Assembly (NCBI GenBank): GCA_963836185.1
Contig: CAWIIQ010000002.1
Coordinates: forward strand, 330,144 to 394,143
Reading direction: 5' to 3'
DNA from: Candidatus Krumholzibacteriia bacterium
Lineage (GTDB): Bacteria; Krumholzibacteriota; Krumholzibacteriia; Krumholzibacteriales; Krumholzibacteriaceae
Length of the DNA stretch: 64,000 bases
Under the pieces are notes generated by a model, which was not told where the DNA came from, ran no database searches, and saw only the letters and a list, made by a program, of their open reading frames with translations. Shown one piece after another: positions 1 through 10,202 of this stretch. The stretch's first letter is position 1, and every line of letters starts with the position of its first letter. A program made the position numbers and the translations under genes.

Positions 1-89
1 TCCATGATAAATATGAAGGTGATTATGATGATACTGAAGAGATACGGAGGTATGTGGCTCTTCAGTATGTATCGATCAAGTATGTACAT
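1..89 (-). CDS. lptF: LPS export ABC permease LptF/LptG family, 5' end only (runs off window)
   Basis: Not in the ORF track. Manual translation from ATG at 89 gives MYILDRYILKSHIPPYLFSIIIITFIFIM, the typical 'ILDRYI' plus first TM start of YjgP/YjgQ permeases. Confidence 0.75.
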   Translation of the reverse strand, partial: MYILDRYILKSHIPPYLFSIIIITFIFIM

Positions 90-429
90 GACAACAGCTT
101 AGTTTAAAGTAAATCTTCCGGCGCGTCGCGGATCGTACCTTTCGGTCAGGTGCAACGATCGTTCCGGCGGCGCCGGCCGGAAGTGATGAAATAACGGATA
201 TCCGGCCTGTCCGCTCCCCTGGTCGCTTGATAAAAGAGGCCTCAAGGGGATTTCTATACCTGTACCCGATAGTGGACAGGACAGGTGTATTCTGTCCCCG
301 TAACGGGACATCGCCGAGCCCCATTCGAACCGGCAGTCAGCCGGGCCGACGGCGCTTTCATCGCCCGGTAATTTATCACATATCCGCGTGCGGATGACAG
401 CCTATTCTGAATGCTTGCCCGGAGGGTAA

Positions 430-3400
430 GTGATGACGCCCGGACCGGACAGAAAAGAGAACCGGAGAGATAAGCTGCGGCGGAGTGCGCTTTCGACGGC
501 GCTGCCTCTCCTTGTCCTCGCTCTTCTGTCTCCGCCCGCCGCCTCCCAGGCCAACGATCCTGTATACCTGCTCGAGATCGACCTCCTGAAGATGTCCGAT
601 CAGCTCGATGTCCGCTACAGGTGGGCCGAGACAGGAGTGCTGCCCCCTGAATATATACTCCTGGGCGACCCCGAAGGTGCCGTATTCATGTACCCCTCCT
701 TTCTCAAACCGGAAAAGGAGTTCAGGAAGAATTACACCGAATACGATCCCGTCTCCGGCCAGCTCTACAGTTTTCAGGTGCCGGGGTACCAGATGTTTTC
801 AAAGAAAGCGGAACGGTCCGGCCCCTATTTCATCGAGACCGGAAGGCCGATGGATGTCGAAGGGATGAAGATATCGATCACATCGATCGATCATCAGGCG
901 GACGACCTTTGGAAGGAAGGGCTCCGGGTGGTCTGGGTGGACGATGTCAAGTATGCCCTTTCGACGAGAAAATCGTCACGCGGCGGCAGGGGCGGGCTGA
1001 TCGATATCAATATCCCGATCTCGCTTCCGAAACAGCTCGAGGCGATCTTCGGCCGAGGCGAAGAGACGAGACTGACCGTGTCGGGAAGGGAAAAGATCAC
1101 TATCGGCGGTACTTCGCGCTGGTGCGCCAACTGCCCCCGTACCGAGGGAATGCCCCAGCAGCAGAAGTTCCCCGACCTCGAGATGGAGCAGCAGCTCACA
1201 GTCAACCTCCACGGGACGATCGGCGAGAAGATCAACGTGGCGATCGACCATTCGAGCATGGGTGGGGGAGCGCCGTCGACGAACAGGATCAGGCTGAACT
1301 ACACCGGGTTCGACGACGAGATCATCAAGCTTATCGAGATGGGCGACACCGACCTGACCCTTTCAGGAGCGCAGCTGATCAGTTACTCGGGACAGGCGAA
1401 GGGTCTCTTCGGCGTCAAGGGCGTCGCCCAGATCGGCCCGATCGACCTGACGGTCATAGCGAGCAAGGAGGAGGGCGAGTCTTCCTCGGGCACCTTCTCG
1501 GCAACGGGAGGCCAGAGCAGCGAGATCTCCATAAACGATTACGCGTACATCAAGAGACAGTTCTTCTATCTCGAATCGCCCGGCGATGACTACCAGGCCC
1601 CCGGGTTCGGAACTATATACCCGGTGATCGGCGGCTACGACAGTCTCGAGGTCTTCGCGTCCCTTCGGCCGGATCTGGAATGGAACAACTTCAGCCCGAA
1701 GTATTACATCAAGGCGTGGACGGATCCGGGAAACACGGGGGACCTGTACCTGGGGGAGAGTTTCGCGCAGTGGTTCTACCTGCTTGTAGAGGGGAGGGAT
1801 TACGACCTGATACAGGTCTACGGGGGGGAAAGCACCACGCCTAAATATCTTGGTATAAGGCTGAGGCAGCCCCTTGGAGAAAACAGGGCGCTCGCTGTAA
1901 GGTACAAGATGGACCTGGGCAACGGCGATCATACGGTAGTAGGAGATTATAATTATTTCCCGCCCCTGCCCGACACACTGGTCGTAGTCCCCGACGAATC
2001 GACGTGGATAACAGCCGAGCTCATCTGTCCTCCCGAGGACGATTTCCTGCCTTCGTCCGTTCCGGGCGCGAAGTACACCTCGACATGGAACATGATGTTC
2101 AGAAACGTCTACTCGATCGGCCTGAGCGGACTCGATGACGCAGCCATAAATGTGAAGATCAGGGATCGCAGAACGGTCATCGGCACAGCCGAAATAAACG
2201 ATTTCTCGAACGAGAGCTACCTGAGGATATTCGGCCTCGACCGATACAAGTCGACGGGGGCATGGGGGGAGGACGGATTTGTCGATAACAGGCAGGGTGT
2301 GATCGACTTCAACGATGGATATATCATGTTCCCATCGTATCGTCCGTTCGATATCACCGAGTACGAACTGCAGAGGTATTTCAGTGAATCCGAGAACAAT
2401 ATTTCGAGCGATCCTGAACTGATAGCATCGGTGGAGGCCCTCAGCGACACGCTGAGGAGAAACAGCTCGATATACAATGAGATCCTCGACAAGAACAGCC
2501 CGGCCAACGAGTACGAGATAATCATCGAGGCATCGAGCGGAAACCGCGTGTTCAACCTCGCCGCCTTCGACATACTCGATGGAACGGAAGTCGTCATGGT
2601 CGATGGTGTGAGGCTCTCAAGGGGCTCCGACTACGACATCGACTATATCGGCGGTTCGGTGACCCTCAAGGGTGATTACGCCAACCTGCCTCCCGATGCG
2701 AGCGTGAAGATCGATTATCAGCACAAACCTCTTTTCGGCGGGGGTAAAAGCTCGCTGCTCGGCATCGGAGCCAACCTCTACCTCTCGGAGAACGCGAGGA
2801 TCAACGCTACATACCTGTATAACTCGGTAGGCGCCCCTAAATACAGGCCCAGGCTCGGAGAGGAACCGACACGGAACATGGCCGGTGATATCAACGGATC
2901 GTTCCAGTTTCAGCCGGGATGGATGACGTCTCTGGCTAACATGCTCCCCATGGTCAATACCGACGCGGCAAGCAGCCTGAGCCTGACCGGTGAGATAGCG
3001 ATGAGCATCCCCAATCCCAATACGAAGGGAGAGGCCTATATAGACGACATGGAGGGGGTCGAGGACAGCGATCAGATCAACCTCGTCCGCGCCCAGTGGT
3101 ACGAGGCCAGCCCCCCGATAAGTCCCCTCGATTCAGTGACCGTGCTTCCTCCTCTGCCGCCGGAGAAGGAATTTTTCTGGTACAACCCGGCCAACACCAA
3201 CGAGCAGCAGTTTCTGACGACGAGCAAGAAGGATCTCAATCCGAACCTGGACGACCGGGAGAACTCGAGGCAGACCTCGATGTTTATCAAGGCCTGGGAA
3301 CCGGATCTCAACCAGTGGTCGGGGATCATGACGGGATTTACAGGCGGGATCGATCTTTCTACGTCGCAGTACATCGAGATATGGGTCAACGACTATACGG

Positions 3401-6400
3401 TGGACCAGGATGACAGGCGGGGAGTGCTGCATATCGATTTCGGAAAGATCGATGAGGATTTCCATCAGCCCGAGTTGAACCGGCACGACAACGAGAACGC
3501 TATCAACTGGACGAACGAGGCCGACACCGGGTTCGTCGGCGAAAAGTATGAAGATAGGCCGTTCAACAGGGATTTCAACGAGGACAAGTTCGACGAGGTC
3601 ATGGGCGTATACATGTGGATCAACTCGAGGTTCGGGAACTCCAGGGCTGACAACGAGGACATGAACGGGAACGGCCGCCTCGATGAGAGCAACGAGTACT
3701 ATACCATCGCGCTCGACCTCGCTGACACGGCGATAATCGATGTACAGAGGGATTTCTCCGGGGTCACCGAATACTGGAATGATCCCGAGAAGGGATCGAT
3801 CAACAGGCAAAAGAGCTGGAGGATGTACAGGCTCGATATCACCAAGGCGGCGCGGATGGGCGACCTGGCTCCCAGGCTCGACAAGATCTCCCATATGAGG
3901 ATCTGGGTGGAGAACATCGATCAGGTCCAGGCGATCACGCAGACTGACAGGTCCCCCGATAACATGGTTGAGATCACAGGGGTCAAGTTCGTCGGCAGCA
4001 GGTGGGAGTACAACAATGTAAGGGACCTTGCCAATCATGAGGTCCCGATCAATCCCGATACCCTGGACCCCGCCCATGAAGGTCAATCTGGGGACGATAA
4101 ACAACAAGGACAACCCTTCGATCTACACGACGCCATATCCGCCCGATGTCGAGGAAGGGATACAGAACCGCGAACAATCCCTGCTGTTCGCGGTCGAGAA
4201 CTTCCATCCGGGCTATTCGTTCAAGTCGATGAAGCGATTCTTCGGGGCAGGGCCTGAGTTTCATGCAGTACGAGGAGATCCAGTTCTTCATCCGCCCTGA
4301 CAACGACCTTGTCGGCGGAGTGGCAGAGCAGGACAGTATGGAGTTCTTCCTGCAGATCGCATACGACAGCCTCAACTATTATGAGATGGCCATACCCCTC
4401 AAGGACGCGCTGGCGAACAAATGGCAGTGGGTCAACATACGGATGAGCGACCTGACGAACATGAAGATCGACGCGGTGCCCGGCAAGATAACCGAAAAGG
4501 AGATCACCGATACGGCCGATCCGTCAATGACATATATGGGGAGGCTCCGGGGCGATCCCAGCCTGTTCAGGGTGAGATTTCTGTTCGCCGGGATCAGGTA
4601 TCCTCGCGGAGAAGAAAGGGCGAAGGGTACTCTGTGGTTCAACGACATCGCCCTTGGATGGGTGCGCAAGGATATCGATCATGCGGAAAGGGTCGGCTTG
4701 TCGGCGAGTTTCGCCAATGTATTGTCATTGAATGCCAGCTACCAGAGGACCGGCCCCGAGTTCAGGTCGCTGAAGCAGAAGGCAGGAAGCGGCACGACGA
4801 GCGACAATTTTCTCATGTCGGGCAAGACCGAGATCAATCACATCATCCCGACACTCGGGTTCACTATCCCTATCACCGGGAAATACAGCAAGTCGCAGTC
4901 GAAGCCGAAGTATCTCTCGCAGAGCGACGTGGAGATTGCCGACGAGGCGGTCCAGGAATCGCAGAAGACGATAAGAAACAGTTACTCATACAGTCTCTCA
5001 ATGAGCAGGCGCGGTTCGAAGAACCTGATAATGAAGCACCTGTTCGACAATCTCAAAGCGGGCGCCAGTTACTCGAAGTCCAACCTCGCATCGCCGACGG
5101 TGCTGGATACGTCGTGGTCATACAGCTGGAACACGAACTACCAGATCCAGTTCAGCAAGGACCGGAAGCTGAATCTCTTCAAGGGAATCGGTTTCAGGTA
5201 CTGGCTCACGAGCTTTTCCTACAACGCGGCCGGCTCGAAGGCTCTGAAGAACACATATTCGTACAACGGTGAAAGGTATATCAAGAGCCCGACAGGATTC
5301 TCGCACAACTGGAACAACGAGATGTCGATGAGCTACGATCCGTTCGAGTCGATCAAGATCAACTTCCGGAGGAACGAAAAACGGAACATGATGAATTACC
5401 GGGAGTTCTACGGAATTCCCATCGGAAAGCTCTACGACTACAGGGAGAGCTTCGAGTTTCAGTACCAGCCTCGCGGACAGGTGTGGCTGCTCTCGCAGTT
5501 CAACCCGAGATTCGAGTATACATCGCGATACGGAGAGAACCTCAATCCGAGTTTGAGAGGGCCCGGCGATCCCGAAGACACGAGAAACGTCAGCAGCGAG
5601 AGACAGATCAATGTCGTCTTTGATGTCGACATCGGTGGATACGCCATCGATTTCGGTAAGTTGATCAGGGTGTTCGGTGAAGACGAGACGGCAGTGAGTA
5701 TGCCAGGATCTTCCGGCGCCACGCTTGACAAGCAGAAGGAGGATTTCAGGAGCAAATTCGACGGCAGGGTGAAGTCGGACCAGGGGGAAGGCCTGGGCGA
5801 GAGAAAGTCGCTTGTCGATGATGCTCCGCAGCAGGAGCCGCCGCCAGAGGGGCAGGAAGAAGGTGAACAGGAAGAGAAGAAGGGCGCCTACTCGGATCTG
5901 ATGGTCCAGAAGCCGCGAGGGGAGATAGCCGGGCTGGGACAACCGAAGACAGACGAGGAGAAGGCCGCCGAGGCGGATACGATCAAGAAACCGAGGGGGG
6001 ACTCCTGGAGACTGGTCAAAATGGCCCTGAGGTTTGTCGGCAGGATAGATCCGATAAAGAGCGCTATCCGTATCGATGACAGGAGCAGCTATCAGCGTCT
6101 GTACGAGAGGGCGAGCCTCGCTTACCGTTTCGGTTTCGACCGTGGATCGGGCGTGATCGGTTCCTCGTGCACTGAGGAAGAATGTTCGCCTGAGAACGAT
6201 CCGAACAGAGCTTCGAAGAGGATCAATCTCGATCTCAGGTCGGGCCTCGACCTGACCAGCAACATCTCGGCCGATATACGCTTCAATATGTCGAGGAACA
6301 CCGATGAGGCCGATGCCAGGTTGACTGAGTCCGAGAACATGACCTGGCCCGACATAGCCGTGAACTGGAAGGGCCTGGAGAACTGGGGGCTGCTCAGAGG

Positions 6401-6903
6401 ACTGGTGAAATCGCAGCAACTTCACTATCAACTATATAAGGAAGACGACGAAGAGTATCGCGGTCGACAGGCAGGAATTACGCGTTGAGTCCCAACTGGA
6501 GCCTTACCTGGAAGAACACGCTCTCGACGAACCTGTCGTTCTCATTCAGCAAGCAGACGAAGATCGAAAAGAACCAGGAGATCTGGGACCAGACATGGTC
6601 GGGTAATCTCGAGCTGCGCTACGACATCAAGGGATCGAAAGGGCATATCGATACCCGGACTCGGCAGCAGGCTGTCGTTCGAAAGTAACTTTGACCACGG
6701 TACTTAACCTCGGTTACAGTTCGACGGAGAGCCATAATCTGCCTGCGTCGACTGTCTTGACGGTCTCTCCCCGTTTCACATATACTTTCAGCCGGAATAT
6801 TTCGGGAAGCCTGACGCTCAACTACAGGAGGGTGGCAGGCGGCAGGTACGGGTACATCAACCACGAGGTCGGGCTTCATGCATCCGCGGAATTCAAATTC
6901 TAG
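430..6903 (+). CDS. sprA: Type IX secretion outer-membrane translocon SprA/Sov homologue (~2150 aa), broken by about 6 single-base frameshifts
   Basis: Signal peptide. SprA motifs QQLTVNLHGTIGEKINV, DEIIKLIEMG, GLFGVKG..QIG, LGEEP, GEAYIDDMEG, NEDMNGNGRLD. Beta-barrel C-terminus ending in F. ORFs 430-4257, 4028-4300, 4263-6488, 6485-6688 and 6691-6903 join by removing single bases near 4070, 4250, 6413, 6476, 6643, 6690. Confidence 0.85.
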
Positions 6904-6907
6904 TACA

Positions 6908-7813
6908 TTGCGGAGGCTCGTCTCATCGGCGCCCTTCCTGACCGCAGTAGTCCTCACCGCTTTTACAAGCTGCGGTTCCGGCAGCGTGCCGGAGTTCGAC
7001 AGCGAGTCAGCGTTCACTTTTCTCGAGGAGCAGGTCGATATCGGATTTCGCTACCCGGGCTCTCCCGAGCATACGCGGCTGCAGAGGTACCTGACAGACA
7101 AGCTGCGGGATTTCGGCGCTGATGTCTCCCTTCAGCCGTTCGACGCTGTGCTGACGACCGGAGATACGCTGCACCTGATCAACATCATCGGTAATTACAA
7201 CAAGGGGGCATCGAAGCGGATCATGCTCGCCGCCCATTACGATACCAGGCCGTTCGCCGACCGGGATCCCGATCCCGCGAATCGCGACAAGCCGATCCAC
7301 GGAGCTAACGATGGAGCGAGCGGAGTCGCCGTCCTGCTCGAGATAGCGAGGCTTCTCGGAAACCACGAACCGCCCGTCGGAGTAGACATCGTCCTTTTCG
7401 ATGGAGAGGATTACGGCAGGGAAGGTTCGCCGGCCGACTATTGTCTCGGTTCGGGCCACTTTGCCAGGAGGCTGAGGGGGTACAAACCGTCGGCTGCGAT
7501 CGTGATCGACATGATCGGAGACAGTGATCTGGAGATTCCAATGGAGGGGTACTCGAGGGCCGCTTCGCCCGCCCTCCTCGGTGAGCTGTTCGATATCGCA
7601 GATCAGCTTGGTTACGAGCAGTTCAGCAGGAAAAAGCTCGGCGCCATAATAGACGACCATCTGCCCCTGATACAGGCTGGCGTCAACGCTGTCGACCTGA
7701 TCGATTTCGAATATGAATACTGGCACACCCTCGAGGACACTCCCGACAAGTGTTCGCCCGGATCGCTTGAAGCTGTCGGGAATGTGCTTCTGCACTACAT
7801 CTGGCGGCAGTAA
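6908..7813 (+). CDS. M28-family lipoprotein, glutaminyl cyclase (QC)-like
   Basis: Lipobox FTSC. Motifs LAAHYDTRP, GANDGASGVAVLLE, FDGEDYG, CLGS, DMIG, DDHLP, YWHT..DT match Bacteroidota-type glutaminyl cyclases/M28 peptidases. TTG at 6908 taken as start. Confidence 0.8.
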   Translation: MRRLVSSAPFLTAVVLTAFTSCGSGSVPEFDSESAFTFLEEQVDIGFRYPGSPEHTRLQRYLTDKLRDFGADVSLQPFDAVLTTGDTLHLINIIGNYNKGASKRIMLAAHYDTRPFADRDPDPANRDKPIHGANDGASGVAVLLEIARLLGNHEPPVGVDIVLFDGEDYGREGSPADYCLGSGHFARRLRGYKPSAAIVIDMIGDSDLEIPMEGYSRAASPALLGELFDIADQLGYEQFSRKKLGAIIDDHLPLIQAGVNAVDLIDFEYEYWHTLEDTPDKCSPGSLEAVGNVLLHYIWRQ

Positions 7814-7895
7814 ACAGGGCTTCGGCCGGCGGTTTCCATTAAAAAGTGCTTGATTTATCGGTCCCGGTGGGATACTTATTATAGCGACGTATGAA

Positions 7896-7925
7896 TGGGG
7901 CGGTGGCGCCCCGTTTTCTTTTATA
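7896..7925 (+). promoter_or_regulatory. rimP leader hairpin (terminator-like)
   Basis: GGGGCG-GTGG-CGCCCC stem followed by GTTTTCTTTT just upstream of rimP, resembling the conserved rimP-nusA leader motif. Confidence 0.6.
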
Positions 7926-7965
7926 TCCGGCGTTTCGGCGTTCGGAGGTGTTGGGGTGGCTGTCT

Positions 7966-8475
7966 ATGAATCCGGAGCAGGGACTCTCTTCCGTAGTAGA
8001 GAAAGAAGTCGGCCTTCTCGGCTTCGAGCTGATCAAGCTCGATGTGATCTCGAGGGGCCGCAAGAAGGTCCTGCGGTTGTTCATAGACAATCCCGAGGGG
8101 AGCGTGTCGGTCGCCGACTGTGTGAAGACGTCGAAGGCGGTCGGGTTCGTGCTCGAGGGCGAGGATCTGATCCAGGGGGCATTCAACCTGGAAGTCTCGT
8201 CTCCAGGCATCAACAGGCCGCTCGTCAAGCCAGCGCACTTCGAAAGATTCACCGGGCACGGCGCCAGGGTGGAGTACACCGCGGGCGCGGGTGAGAAGAA
8301 AACGGTCATAGGAGAGATCGCGAGGGTCGGAGACGGCTCTGTAGTGATCCTCTCGGAAGGCGATGAGACGGCCGTCAGGTTCGACCGGATGATCAAGGCG
8401 AACCTCCATGGAGAGAAATGGGATATTGGCTCAAAGAAGGAGCGCGACAGCAAGCGCGCCGGGAAAAGCCGCTAG
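7966..8475 (+). CDS. rimP: Ribosome maturation factor RimP
   Basis: LRLFID, VSVADC..SK, LEVSSPGINRPL motifs. Position upstream of nusA. Confidence 0.93.
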   Translation: MNPEQGLSSVVEKEVGLLGFELIKLDVISRGRKKVLRLFIDNPEGSVSVADCVKTSKAVGFVLEGEDLIQGAFNLEVSSPGINRPLVKPAHFERFTGHGARVEYTAGAGEKKTVIGEIARVGDGSVVILSEGDETAVRFDRMIKANLHGEKWDIGSKKERDSKRAGKSR

Positions 8476-8545
8476 AGGAAAAGATTTTGACACTTCAGCG
8501 TGCGTACACTAGAATGTCTTGCACGGTTTGAAGGGAGCGTCGAGG

Positions 8546-10175
8546 ATGAACGCAGGATTTCTGGAAGCATTTGCCCAGATAATAAGGGTCAAGAGAGTCG
8601 ACAAGACCACTCTCATCGACACTATCAAGACAAGTCTCATATCGGCTGCCAAAAGGAAGTTCGGGCAGGAGGCGGAGATCGAGGTCGAGCTCGACGACGC
8701 CAAGGGCATTCTGGAGGTATACCGGATATTCAAGGTCGTCAAGAAGGTGGAGGAACCCGATACCGAGATCGACCTGAAGGAAGCCCGCGAGATGGATGAC
8801 GAGGCCGTGGTCGGGTCCGAGATCAAGCTTATGCTTCCCCTCGAGGAGTTCGGACGTAACGCCGTCCAGACGGCCAAGCAGGTCCTGATGCAGAAGGTCC
8901 GGGAGGCTGAGAGAGACAGGGTCTTCGAGGACTACAAGGACAAGATCGGGGTCATCGCCTCGGGCACGGTCCGCCAGGTCGATCGCGGAAACATCCTCGT
9001 CAATCTCGGCAGGGCGGAGGCCTATCTGCCCAACCGCGAGCAGATCCGCAAGGAACGCTACAACCAGGGCGACACGATCAGGGCAGTCATCATCGAGGTC
9101 GACAAGGAGGCCAAGGGTCCCCTGATCATCCTTTCGAGGACAAGCAACCAGTTCCTCCAGAAGCTGTTCGAGCAGGAGGTGCCCGAGATATTCGATGGTG
9201 ACGTAGAGATAAAGAGCATCGCCCGTGAGCCGGGAGGACGTTCGAAGATCGCCGTCCATTCGAGAAGCGAGAAGGTCGACGCCGTCGGTTCTTGTGTCGG
9301 AATGAAAGGATCGCGCGTGCAGGCCGTAGTAAACGAGCTTCACGGCGAGAAGATAGATATCGTCAGCTGGAACGAGAGCTCGAACGAGTTCGTCTCCAGG
9401 GCGCTCGCGCCGGCGAAGGTGTCGGCGTTGAGGTTCAACGAGGCCGAGGATGATGTCCTCGCCATAGTCGAGGAGGACCAGCTCTCTCTTGCCATCGGCA
9501 AGGAGGGACAGAACGTCCGTCTCGCCTCGAAGCTCACCGGCTGGAAGATAAACCTGGCGACAGTCAGGAGCGTCGAACGCAGGGACAGGCTCGAACAGAA
9601 GCTTCAGATGGATATCGCCGATATGGTCGGTGTGACGCAGACGATCGCGTCGAAGCTCAGGGGCATCGGCATCCTGACCGTCCAGAAACTCTACAAGACT
9701 ACGCTCGAGGAGCTGCTCGAAGTCGATGGCGTCGGCCCGAAGACGGCGGAGAAGCTCAAGGAGAGCGCGATAGAGACGATGGAAGAGCTGAACAAGGCGC
9801 TCGAGGAACTTCTCGAGAAGGAAAAGGCCGAAGAGGCCGTTACCGAGGAGCTCTTCGACGAGACAGCACTCGCTCCCGAAGTCGTCAAAGAGGTCGAGGA
9901 AGTCAAGCTCACCGAGGAGGAGCTGTTCGGCGAACCTGTCCGGTTCCGATGAAGAAGATGAGAATGAGCAGGACGAAGAGGATGTCGAGGAGGCCGGTGA
10001 AGAGGTAGCAGCAGAAGAGGACGAGGCAGAGGAAGCGGAAGAAGAAGAGGAAGATGAAGAGGAAGATGCCTCCGAAGAGAAAGAAGAGACAGGGGACGGG
10101 GAAGAGTCTCCTTCGGAAGATATAGAGACAGAGGAGCCGGGCGGCGAGGATACCGGTCCCGGCAAAAAGGAATAA
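8546..10175 (+). CDS. nusA: Transcription termination factor NusA with long acidic tail (frameshift near 9937)
   Basis: FGRNAVQTAKQ, AREPGGRSKIAV, ...CVGMKGSR, LSLAIGKEGQNVRLA, HhH repeats. The track ORF stops at 9952, but the +1 frame continues as a D/E-rich tail to TAA at 10173-10175. Confidence 0.93.
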
Positions 10176-10202
10176 CAGGTGCTCGAAGGGAGTTGAGGTC
10201 CT

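Noticed and set aside
430-6903. sprA, uvrA, gcvT and nusA as pseudogenes or programmed frameshifts
   Set aside because: The breaks hit many unrelated core genes, share no slippery motif and leave the coding signal intact on both sides. Sequencing error is more parsimonious.
9940-10170. GAA/GAG-rich low-complexity tract as a tandem repeat or array
   Set aside because: It is explained by Glu/Asp codons of the NusA tail and has no fixed repeat unit.
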